From Chlorokybus atmophyticus (taxonomy: Eukaryota > Plantae > Mesostigma and Chlorokybus algae): a stretch of 64,000 bases of DNA. The notes below the pieces were generated by a model. That model saw only the letters and a list, made by a program, of their open reading frames with translations. It was not told the origin of the DNA and made no database searches. The translations under genes and the position numbers were made by a program. The stretch covers positions 248,001 to 312,000 of the forward strand of contig RHPI01002656.1 in NCBI GenBank assembly GCA_009103225.1, read 5' to 3'. Shown here one piece after another: positions 14,001-26,200 of the stretch (positions within the stretch are counted from its first letter, which is position 1; every line of letters begins with the position of its first letter).

Positions 14001-15419
14001 AGGTGTGGAGTCTATTCATCGTAGTACCTTGTCTCGTGCAGCTGATAGCAACGTCCATCCATCACGTGCGACAGCCAGATCTGTGACAGCACTGAAGTGT
14101 GACTTGAGCACGGCGGCGCAACTGCGTGTGACAAGGTCCCAGACGCGTACAGTGGCATCATCACTGCCAGTAAAAAGCTGCAAGCGGTGCGGATCGGGAT
14201 GAAAGACTACGCGATTCACAATGGCGGTGTGCCCCCTGTAAAAAGTTGCAAGCAACACACATGTGAGACACTGCCGAAGTACAGCACACGCTTCACATAG
14301 CTGCTACTGAGCTTCCATGAAAGAGACTTACTTGAATGAGTGCGTGCAGTATCCTTTTTCAACATCCCAAACTCGTGTAGTACGATCAACACTCGCAGTA
14401 GCTAACAAGTGGCCAGACGAATCAACAGCGAGGTCCAACACGGGCTGCTCGTGTGCTTTCCAACTTCGCTTGCATACCTGTTGGGTAGAATGTTGGGTGC
14501 TGAGAGACACCAACCTGTATATGCCCAACAAACCACTTAAGAAAAGTGTATGCAGAAGCAACACTCACCTCTGATTCGCGATCCCACCATCGCGTTAGCA
14601 AACTGCGGCTTGACGCAAACACATGACGGCCATCCGGGCTGACAGCCACAGCGAGAATCGCCTCTGTGTCGCCTTTGAATGTGGCTGTGACAGCAGCTGA
14701 GGCCAAATCTACAACCTGCTCAAGCGAAATTGCAAACACTTCAGCAAGAGAAGACAATGCTGCAAGGTTTTCTACCAGTTGAACCCTTTCTTTCTCTTTG
14801 GATGCTTACTGCAGTGCAACCTGACCTGGTGTGAAAATTCTGCTGTTTCAATCTGGTTTTGCAACAAACATGCAGTTCTGTTCTCTTGATGCTTACACAC
14901 TGCAGTGCACTCTGGCCTGCTGTAAAACTTCTGCTTCTTCAATCTGGTATTGCATGCGGGCATGTGTGCATGCACGCATGCATGCACACAATGTCAGCAT
15001 GCAATGACACAACCTGCAAGAACTAAAGGAACGGAGTTGAAATGGATTGCGCGCTGAATGTAAAAGTTGTAAGCCACAATTAGGTGGCACAATTCATACA
15101 CACTCTATACACGTGTGCAAGGGAAAGCGATGTCTTGCATATAGTGCAACAAAGCCACTCTGTGTCAACGCGGAATACTCAGGTAACGTAACAAGTCAAA
15201 GTGAGCGTCAAGCTTGGACACAAAGAGCCTTACCTTTACAAAATCCCCGCAGGGACACGCTGCAAACGCTCCATCCTGCGATACAGCAACCCGTCCACCC
15301 GAGTAGAACCTCTCTAGCTTAGATTCCACTTGAAAGGACACCTTCAAGCGCGGCTTCTCGCTGGCAGCTGATACGGCGCGTAAGGACGCGGGCGCTGGGT
15401 TCGCCAATGCCGGCGACAT
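11006..15419 (-). CDS. UTP13: U3 snoRNP/SSU processome WD40 protein UTP13 (TBL3) with acidic/basic C-terminal tail
   Basis: N-terminal LERFYSGGRVAVS, many WD40 repeats (GHTAIVNRVVFHPD, GHKRGVWCCEFSPVDK, GHTASVLKVSF, GHEDKVWAL) and a Utp13 C-terminal domain (YMREWNTNAKFCHTAQ, LLEGVLPYTQRHYARIQRL). ATG at 15417-15419. Confidence 0.93.
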
Positions 15420-16014
15420 GCCCCGCCACCCCACCGCCGCCGCCACCGCCGCCGCCGCCTGACCCAAACACTCGCCCGCAATGTGCTAACCCTAATTCGA
15501 CCCCGTCCGAACCCTGTTTCACTCGACCCGGCTCAGAGTTGTAACGGTCGATCCGGATCCAGACCGTGCCACCATGCATGTACCAAAAAGGGCGAACCAG
15601 TGCAGCAGAGAGTGGCTCCAACCACCCCCGCGGAACAAAGCATAACGTTATGCTCAACAGTTTTTACGTAAGGTTGCGCAGCATTGCAGACTGGTAGTTG
15701 AGGACACAACGTGATGCGTAGGTTATGCTAACGTGCGACGTGACCTGGGCGTCACGTGAACGACAAACTACATCTGTTGGCAGCACTGAGCGTCGCTGCC
15801 ATTTTCGCACACATACACACACGCACGCATACTCTCTCTGTACAGGTGAGGCCAACTCGTCCCTGGCATGGCCGGGCGGCGGTGGCGGGGTTGTTAGCGT
15901 GGCCTGGGTGGTCAGGGTGACGACGTTACTAAGGAGGGAGAGAGAGCATTTGTCTCAAAGCTGGTGCAGTGTGCTTCTTTTTGACAGGAGGTTGTGTATC
16001 ACCTCCTTTGCGCC

Positions 16015-19000
16015 ATGGCGGCGACGTGTGCGCCGGCCTCCGGCACATGGGCGGCCTTGTGCTTGGCGTTGTCGGTGCTGTTGCTGGGGACGTGGACGCC
16101 GTCTGTCTCAGCAGCGACGTGCAACAGGCCGGAGGGCTGCACCTTTGAGGACATGGCGGACAAGCTCGTGCTAGGAGCGACCGTGCTGCAGATTGCCAAC
16201 CACAACATCACTGTCAATGGCACGCTGTACCCTCGCCAGATGCTTGACGTAAGCGAGCTCCTCCTTGTCGTCATTGTGCTTGTTGGGTTAAGATGACGCC
16301 CTGGACCTTCCCCTAACTGTCACGACGCACACACTGCAGATAAGCGGCCCGTACAAGCGCATAGTGAGCGGCAAGGAGGCTGTGTGGATCCCCCGCACAG
16401 GTATCATCTCACATCCATCAAGTGACTCCAACAAGTGCATGCTTGTGACTGTTGGTTGATGGTTGTTGACAATTGTTGTTGTGGCTGTGCAGAGAACACG
16501 TTCCGCATCCTTTACCGCAACACGCTGGGCTCCCCGTCGCTGCTGCACGCGCACGGCCTCACCCCCGTGCACAACCTCGACGGCGTGTCGTACCTCAGCG
16601 CCCTGCCCATCAGCAACAACCGCGAAGCCATGTGCGCCTCTTGACTGTATACAGCATGCAGTGTATGATAGTGGTTGCATCGTTGCTGATGAGTGATTGT
16701 GCTTGCAGGTATGTGTACGAGTTGCATCCACAGAATGCTGGCTCGTACCTCATCCACTCCCACTACGGGTGGGGCCACGACAAAGGCATGGCCGTGCCAC
16801 TCATAGTGGGTGAGTACGAGCTCCAAACATACACATACACGCGCACGCGCACACACACTTCCACACGCACAAGCACACGCCAGTGTGCACACGTGTACAC
16901 AGCCCTGCATATGCATACTCAAGCTCTTAATCCTTACCAATCTGTTGTACCTTGTCTAGATCGAGCGCCGCCGGTGGACTATCCGCTCCTCGCTCAGGTT
17001 GAGGAGGCGACAGAGTCCCTCCTGTGGCTTGAAGAGCTTTGCCCCATCTCACGCTTTGGCCCCATCGATTGCAACCCCGAGCTCGTCCTCCAAGCCGCAA
17101 CCGTAAGCATGTTGAACAGCAACAACAACAGCAACAGCAACAACAATTCCAACGTCTCTGTGCTGTGCAGCCTTTCTTGGGGCCGAACATCGATGTTGGC
17201 TTCGGCGGTTTCAAGTATCACCTGGCGAACGACCACCTGCTGAGCGACCCGCACGTGGACTACGTGATGCCCGGGGAGTTTGTGCGTCTCCGCATCATCA
17301 ACGCCGCCGCCGTTACCCGCTACGAGTGCGACTTCGGCAACCTCGCCCCCGTCACCGTCATCGCCACTGACGGCCAATGGACCATCCCATACACTGTAAG
17401 TCCATCAACATCATCACGATGGTCAATCACACCCACACACACAACCCACGCACTACAACAGTGACAGCAACAACAGCAACAACGGAAACAACAACAACAG
17501 CAACAACAACTTGTTGATCATCGTGCAGGTGACTGGGAAGCTGCTGGTTGGTACGGCTCAGCGTTTTGACTTGCTAATCACAATGCCGAGCACGAACGGT
17601 TCGTATGCGGTTCAGTGCCACGAGTGGTCGTTGCCGTGGGCGCGCACCCGTCTGATTGCGGGCATGGTGTACGCCGTGGGCGGGTCCAAGTTCGCCCCCG
17701 TGGCGGGACAGTTCAGTGACGGGTCCCCCACAGACGGCTGCGGCCTGCCCGACAACCCTGACACCAACCCCGACCCCAACTGCTCGCAATACGAAGAGCC
17801 CAAGCAAGACATTGAGATGGCACTGAGGTGAACACCATGGACACGCACGCACACACACACGCACACACTTACACACGCGTGCGCACATACACTCACATCG
17901 CATTGCATCAATGTTCCCATAGCCATACATGAATGTCACAACGCGTGTTGTTGCCGTATAGCCGAACCCCTTGTCTCATCTCTCAGGGCATACTACCCGT
18001 TGGAAGAGAGGCCGGCAGACCGCGAGTTGACATTGTTTGCAACAACCGACATCCTGTGCAATCCCACCAACCTCTCGTCCTGCACGCCCGATACACCCCT
18101 CTTCGACTTCAGCTTCGGCAACAAGCGCATGTTCATGGCGCCCATTGGCAATGACTCCCCCTTCAGGTGTGTGTGCGCGAGTGCGCGAGAGAAGGCATGT
18201 GAGCAAATCTCACAACTACACGGTTGGCTGATGTTGTTGGTACATGTATGCACAGGCCCAACTCTGCCCCAGTGGAGGTCCAGCTTGGCGAGCGCGTGTG
18301 CATCAACATCGTTAACCGCGCCACAGGGGACCACTACATCCATCTGCATGGACATCACTTCCAGGTGGGTTTGACATCACCACGCAGTTGTCATTGTGTT
18401 GTAACAGCAGCCTATGCATGTGACTCATACCTCCTTCTCTGCTGCTTAGATTGCGGAGATCAATGGTGTGCCGATCAAGGGCGGTGCAAGCCGCGACACG
18501 TTCTTGCTGTCGGACTCCGAGCTCGGCAATTATGTTAATACTTGGGGTCCAACTTTCCAGACGCGGGTTGCCGCGCTCAACACGTCCGCGCTGCCCAACG
18601 TCAAGGTCTGCTTTAACGCCGACAACCCCGGCGTGTGGGCCGTGCACTGCCACTACACGTACCACTTCATCATGGGCATGATGACCACCATCGAGTACGT
18701 TGCCAGCGACATCAAAGCAAGAGTAAGTGCTGCGTGTACTTTTTGGTAGCATGCATTGAAACACACGAAGGATGCTACGCATTGATTGTGTGTGGCCACG
18801 CATGTGTGCGTGCGTGCTGGTGTGCACATGAGTACATTTGCTCCGGGTATAAATGGATTGAATGATGAAAACTGTACCATCTGCAGCCCCGTACCGGTTG
18901 CACGGACACCAATGCGGAGAACTACGAGCCCGAGAGCACCGTTGATGACGGCAGCTGCAAGTACTATGCTTGCAGCGGGGACCCCAACAAGGGCCAGCCA

Positions 19001-22000
19001 CTGCTCGGTGCAACCAGGTGGGTATCAGTGCCTGATTGCAATGGATGTCAACGGTGATTGGTCTGATACACCAACCACTTTCTCGTCCCCTCTTAGGTGG
19101 CCATTCCTCGCCCCCGACCCGCCGTTCAACACATCCCTTAAGAACTTTGCCGATGAACTGATTGCGGGTGCAACCATCCTCACTCTGACACCAACCACAA
19201 TTCGGTCGCCAAGTCCCGCCGAGCCCGACACAACATATGACCGCGAGCTCCTCATCGTGCGTGTCCCTCACAAGCAAACACATCAACACGTGTCCACAGG
19301 TGGCGTCAGTCGCTGACTTGTGCATTTCTGTTTGCCAGGGACAAGGACCCAACTGGAGAGTGGTTGACGGAGTTGGCGGCGTGTGGTTGAATGAAACCGA
19401 CACGCACTTCCGCATCCTTTACCGCAACAAGGTACGGCAACATACCAACATACACACAGTATGTGCATATACCTCATGTTTGCAGCAACAAACCAACAAC
19501 CAATGCTTGTGCAGTTGTCTGAGGAGAGCATTCTGCACGCTCACGGTCTGACCCCAACGACCAACATGGACGGCGTGTCGTACCTCTCTGCGCTGCCAAT
19601 ATACCCAGACCGCGAGACGCTCTACGTGTACGAGATCCACCCTCAGAACGCCGGCACATACCTCATCCACGCACACTATGGCTTCGGCCACGACCGCGGC
19701 CTCGCCATCCCCCTCGTCATCCGTAAGTACAGCATCAGAACTGCGTGTTAGTGATGAGAGTTTGTGTTTGACACTGTGTATGTGTGTCATAAACAGAGCG
19801 TCCCGCGCCTTTGAGCTACCCGCTCAGGTCCCAGCTGGCGGACTATGAAGACGCGCTGATGTTCTTTGAGGAGCTTTGCCCCTACTCCAGCAACACGCAG
19901 TACCAGCAGGAGGCCGAGTGCCAGGTCGACAAGGTCTTTGACTACGGCAGCCTCTTCTTCGGTGAGACTGAGAAATAAACAATCACAGCTACCTACACTT
20001 GGCTGTGTGTCTAGCTGTGTATGCACTCCATGTGCTGTAGCATATGACGCGCTAATGTACACATACACACTCACAAACACGCACATATGCTCACGCATTC
20101 TCATGTGCACACATGCTGAAATGGCTTGTGTGCCATCAGGTCCATACAACGACCTGGCCTTCGCGGGTTTTCGGCACTACACCGTGAACGGGAAGACGCT
20201 GGACGACCCGTATGTTCACTACACGACACCCGGTCGGCGTGTGCGCTTGCGTCTGATCAACGCCTCGACGCACACCAACTACAACTGCAGCCTGGGCGGC
20301 CTCGGCAAGGGCACCATCATCGGCATCGATGGCCAGTGGGTCTACCCGTACAACGTCACCTCCTTCTGGATCACCGTCGCCACACGCATGGACATCCTCC
20401 TAACAATGCCCAAGGTGCGTGTGTTGTGCATCCTTGGTCGGTTGCACATACACGACGCAGGAATAAACACTCAACAATGTGTTTGCTCAATGCAGGGCGC
20501 TGGAGCCTTCCCCATCATCTGTGCCGAAACCAACCTGCCATTCGTCACAAACAGGATGAAGAGCGGGTAAGTGTGACAACAACATACACAACACCCACAC
20601 AACAGAATACAGGTTGCTGACATTGTTGTAACAAATGTTGCAGATACATCTTTGTGGTGTCGGACCCCGGGCAGGGTTACCTGCTGGCGCCACCACCGTT
20701 CACATACAACATTGGCAACCCGAATGTTGGTTGCACCCGGCTTCCGCCTACTGGCCTTCTCGCTGGCTGCGACCCCTTTTTCCAGCCCACTCAGGCAAGG
20801 CTTGGGGGCAAAAAGCACACTCTCATGCGTGTAACATTGAGTCAGGGTGATGACGTGTATGCGTGTGTGTATGCAGGACTTGGAGAAGCAGCTGCGAGCA
20901 TGGTACCCCCTGGAAACGAGAGCCGCGGATCGCAATGTGACGGTGGACCTAACGGCTGACTTGCTGTGCGACCCAACCAACCAGACCACGTGCACGCGGG
21001 AGACACCCTTCCTCGTCTTCTCGTTCGATCGCAACACGTTGCACCTTCCACCCGACGGCAACGGAGCTGAGGACTACAATTTCCAGGTGAGTGTTGTGTC
21101 ATCAACTTTACGACAAGGCAGGCTTGATGCGTGTTTGACCATCTGGTTGGTTGGACACAGGCTCCGTTCAGTCCGAACCCGGACCCGATTCGCGTGCAAT
21201 TGAACGAGCGCGTGTGCATAGAGTTCCTGAACCGTGCTCCCGGCGACCACGTCCTGCACATGCACGGGCATCACTTCCAGGTCATGGAGATCAACCACGT
21301 GCCTATTACAGGCGGCGGTGCCATGCACGACACCATCTACATCATGGACTCGAACCTCGACGAGTTCTTCCCTAAGGTGGAGTCATGAACAACAACACAC
21401 AGTGAAAGCATCAAGTGGATGTACAAAGAGCACAGACTGACTTGTACATCTACATTCGTATAGGGCCCAGGGTTTGGAGATTACGTGGCCACGCTTCCAG
21501 ATGAAGAGCTTGGACAACTGAAGATTTGCTTTGATGCGGTAAGTTGACACAGGATGAGTGACTTGTACCCGCAAAGCCGTATCTTCCTAGGCACATGTTT
21601 CCTTATACTAACATGTTTGTCTCGCAGGACAATCCGGGCATATGGGCTCTGCATTGCCACTACAACCTGCACTACACGGCGGGCATGTTGACGACGGTGG
21701 AGTACGCTGCCAGCGATGTTCAGCCATCGCAACGTACGGGTTGCCAGGACCCCAACGCCGGCAACTTTGTCCCTGGTGCCACTGCCCCTGGCCGCCTCCC
21801 CTGCTTCTACTTTTGGTGCCCTGGTAAGGCGAACAACAAACAGACCAAAGCCACTTTCTCACATGTCATTGCTTGTGCGTATGTGTTTGCTTACACAATG
21901 TGGTCACTTGCAGCCCCTGTCACGACTGGTGCGGCGGTGGCAATGTTCAACCTGCAGATTGTTGGCGTCACACTGAAGCAGTATGCATCATTGGGGGGGC

Positions 22001-22933
22001 CCTCAGTGGTTGCAAGGTGAGTGGTTTAATTCACGCAGTCTGGCCACCTGTGCCCAACATCTGGAATATGACAGCATGGCTGACAAACCCTGTGCTCCAC
22101 AGCTTTATTCAAACGGACTTGTCGGCTTACTATGCGGGCCTCTTCCCTGCCAACGGCGTTGATCTGGGCTCAATTGACATACGCAACATTAGCGATAGCA
22201 CAACTAGTGCTGCAGTGAACCTTGTGGTAAGACTTGGTACACACGCACTCTCGTCTCGCTCGCCCAGTCTGCAGCAGTGTCCTCACAAAGTTTCACCCTC
22301 TTGTGCAGGTATTTGTCCGCGTGGTCCCTGTGCTTCCAGCCACTGCCTCGACACGTGAGATTCGGGATGCTGTAAGTGGGCTCATCCCCGCCGTGCTCAA
22401 CGCCACGCAGATCCTTCTCGCAAACCCCTCGCAGTACATGAACGAGACCGTGTACCGCACCGCCAGCACGGTTGTCGCTACCTCTGCTGCAACAGTCACC
22501 TGTGAGTCCACACACCTCTGTCATGCTGGCACATATCAAGGTTGAAGGTTACTGAAGGTGACTGATGTATGCTCATTTGTGTTACAGCGGAGATTTACAC
22601 ACCGCCAGTGAACCAACCACCCAAAGGCTACAAGAACCACTTGCCATTGGGATTCTTTGTTGGATTCCTTGGAGGTTTGGGACTTCTCGTCCTCGCTCTC
22701 ATGGGTAAGAACAGCATTGCTTGGTACTTATGAAGTGGCAAGGCTTGACATCAGCATGTGTGCTTACCTTGTTCACCGCTGCCCTGGCAGTTTGGGGCAT
22801 CGTGCGATATGCCAAGCGCGGCACGCGGACGCACGTGTCCAACAAGTCCAAGCCATATAGCACCGAGTCGCCGGCAGGAACGTCCGCGTCACCATCGTCA
22901 TCGGCTGCCGCAGAGAAGAAGGAGACTGTGTGA
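16015..22933 (+). CDS. Type-I membrane multicopper oxidase with two tandem complete three-domain (laccase-type) units; many short exons
   Basis: Signal peptide (WAALCLALSVLLLG...SVSA). Unit 1 motifs: LHAHG (~16546), IHSHYG (~16755), HYIHLHGHHF (~18332), HCHYTYHFIMGM (~18645). Unit 2 motifs: LHAHG (~19536), IHAHYG (~19668), HVLHMHGHHF (~21248), HCHYNLHYTAGM (~21652). C-terminal TM (LPLGFFVGFLGGLGLLVLALM/VWGIV) and a short cytosolic tail ending EKKETV*. Confidence 0.92.
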
Positions 22934-23078
22934 ACTGTAATAAAACAATAGTCACAAGGGCCTCTGCTGGCTTTGTGCAGTGAAGCTGCAGTGTACAGCG
23001 AGCTCAGCTGCGGGCCAACGACGGGAAGCCTTTACAACCACTTCAGCCACCTTTGGCTTGAGGCGTTGCACAAAGATT

Positions 23079-23112
23079 GGCCATCAATCATTGTTCAGGA
23101 TGATTGATGGCC
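23079..23112. repeat. Perfect 13-bp inverted repeat (hairpin) between convergent genes
   Basis: GGCCATCAATCAT-tgttcagg-ATGATTGATGGCC. Confidence 0.8.
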
Positions 23113-23209
23113 GCGGAGACACTGCATGATTTGTATTTATTTGAGGCTTAGGTGCTCTGTTTGTAGGAGCGCATCCATTTGTGTGTAGAAGTGTACTATA
23201 TGTTCAAGG

Positions 23210-26200
23210 CTATGTCGCCTCCGTGTCTATATGAGGCATGGTGTTACTTTGTTGAACTTGTAATCCATGCGCCTTCTGTCCTTCTTGAATAGCTTCCCTG
23301 CAGATGATTGACAACATTAAAGGTCTTAAGCAATACAACACTACAGCATCAGCAAGCAATGCCATGACCGCGTGCATGACTGCTGAGCCTCAATGCATAA
23401 GTGAACATGCCTGAAAGCGTTGACCAGCTCCATGTTTTCTGGGTCCAGCTGGCAACCTTCAAAGAATGCCGTTGCTGCGTCTTCATAACGCTTCATTGCT
23501 CTGTATGCTGCTCCTTCTCGGAAGCATGCCTGTTGACATTGACAACCAGCCAGGTTGTCATCAACAAGAGAAGAGGACTATTAGCGTATTATACGTGCAT
23601 GTTGAAGCAACTTTCCCAGCTGACCCACACAGGGGTACCACCAACACTTGCCTTAGCCCAGTCCGGACGCAGTACCCGTGCATGCTGACCATCTTGCAAA
23701 GCTCCTTCAAGATCGCCAGCATGAAGCCGTGCAATGCTACGATTGGAATGCAGAACACCGCTCCCACGATCGAACTGCAGCGCCTGCCAAGCAAGGTCCC
23801 TCTCACTACCTCGAGCGTAGCTTTGAAGGGCAGCATGCACCACACCAAAAGATGAGTTGTCGTACCTGAGAGTATAAAGCAATCGCTTGGTCAAACTGCT
23901 TTTGCCTGTATGCCTCATCTCCCGCTTGCTTGAGCTTTAGAGATTGGGCTGCCGCCTCCGGGGAGACAGGTTCTATAGTCCATGCTGTTGGTGTGGCAGC
24001 ATGGCTCGTGGGTTTACTAGAAGCACTCTGTGCTGCGATGCTGGGCGCATAAGCTCGCATCACAGACTGCACATCCCACGACGGCACATTCGGGTCGGGT
24101 GTTGTGCGCGGCAAGAGTAACTCTATCACATTGCGCTGGCCCGCAAGAGCCGCGGCACTGATAGGTGTGTCTCCCTCCTATACGACATGGAATTGACCTA
24201 AGGAACTTTTTAAACCACACATTAAGACAAGGCCCCGATGACTTACCTGATCCCTGAGGTTTGCATCTGCGCCTGCTTTGAGAAGCTCCGCCACCACCTC
24301 AGCAAAGCCACTATCAGCTGCCACGAACAAGGGAGTGACTCCTCCAGTTGCGCGCAAATTGGTGTCTGCCTTGGCCTGCAGGTATGCAATGGAGATGAGA
24401 GCCACATGTTGCGCTGTTTGCTGTCATTACATGCGTCTTGAGCTCCTTTACTCACATCAAGAAGAACCTTCACTGTGTCCAAGTCTCCTGCAGCGGTGGC
24501 CATCATCAGCGCTGTGACACCATCCTCCCTCGCAGCACTTGGCTGGATGCCCAACCATGACGATACCAACAAAGTCAGCTGCTTGTTCACGCAACAGCCT
24601 AATCCAGAGCAATAACTGGCGTACTGACTAGCATGCCATGTTAGCATGGAGAAGGGATGCAGGGTATGAAACCACCTTCGTAAGCTGTAGTTCACAAGCC
24701 GGAATCCAGCACAAGAACGTAGGCATGCTACACTAGTACCTCTGCTGCATGCTCAAGAAGCAGTTGGACGGTTTCGCAATGACCGTGGCCAGCAGCCCAC
24801 AGCAGGGGTGGGCCGTTATTGCTTGGAGCGTTGACATCGACTCCTCGCGCCAGTAGTGCCTCGGCCAAACCGTTGGCTCCTGTTTATGAACGGATGCTTA
24901 GTAAAGGCCAACGTTTTCCCTGTACTCACTGACTGGCTGCTGATAGCCCGTCAGTTCAGTGTTAGAAAAGAGAAACCAATGCAAACGGGTAAGAGTGACA
25001 ATGATAATGGCACGACTTGAAAAAGAGCGCGTGCGTATACTTCAACATCAACCAGAATGATGACAGACAAACACAAGTTGACACGCCCGCCCACCCGCCC
25101 ACCCACCATACACACACCTTCAGCAGCAGCGTGGTGAAGTGCCTGCGCGCGTGTGCTCATCTCCTTTGCTGCTGGATCCGCACCCTTGCTCAGCAGATAC
25201 ACAGCTGCATCCTCATGACCTCCTCGCGCAGCAAGCAGCAACGGCGTCTCTCCTGACATTCACCCAACATTGGCATCATGCTGTTGGTCTTGACACAGCA
25301 CTGAATATGCCTTAACACAACTGACTAGTCGGTAAGGCGCTGCAGGGTAAACATTGACAGTATCCAACCCTTGCAAGCAACCATGTTCCACATTACACAC
25401 CATGGTCATCAGCAAGGTCAACAGCAACACCGAGCTCTTCAACCAGGTAGGCGCATGCGCCCGTATGGCCGTTCAGTGCAGCAAAGTGCAGCGGGCTTCG
25501 GCCGTTGCCATCCCGCACAGACTGCACCACAGCGGCCACGCCTGCCCCTTCATCACATGCCTTTGCAGACAGCCTGCATGACGCAGCAAACAAGCTCACT
25601 TATGTCTACTTGTGCACAATGTACTATGCACAAAGTGCAGCCTTCAGCGCGGCGTACCGCAGCAGCTCGACGTTGCCCTCCTGTGCTGCCCTAAGCAAGC
25701 TGTTCACGCGCGCGCGTGCGGCCAAAGCCTCGCCCGCTCCAGTGTCTTCGCCGCGTTGGTTGCTAGCTGGCGCTGCTGCCGCTTGCTGGATTGTTGCACT
25801 GCCCGTAAGCTGCGGCCACACCTGCGCTTTCCCACACAACAACAGTCACACCTTGTGTGCATGACACTGACTGTGCGCACTGACCTAGCCTAAGTCTGAG
25901 GTGAAAGCTGCTATCTGTCAACTGCTACCACTGCCATGCCTGTAAAGGGTTCTGCTTGGCCAAGGAGACAACAACTGCAGGAGGGCGAGCTTCGACTCGC
26001 CAGTTGGACTTGTTTTTGTCAACTAGCGCAAACAGAGGGTTGGCGTCCACGAACAGGTGCTTGTCATCACGCACAGTCACTTCCACCCTCAGAGACTGCG
26101 GCTCTATCTGCAAGACGTGCAGCAAACCAGCACAGACAATCAGCCTTCAGCTTGATTGTCGCCTCAAGATTACAGAGCAGCAAGCGCATCCATCTCGCTG

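Noticed and set aside
14795-14960. Two ~80-90-bp diverged copies within a UTP13 intron
   Set aside because: A local intronic duplication with no snoRNA boxes or coding potential evident.
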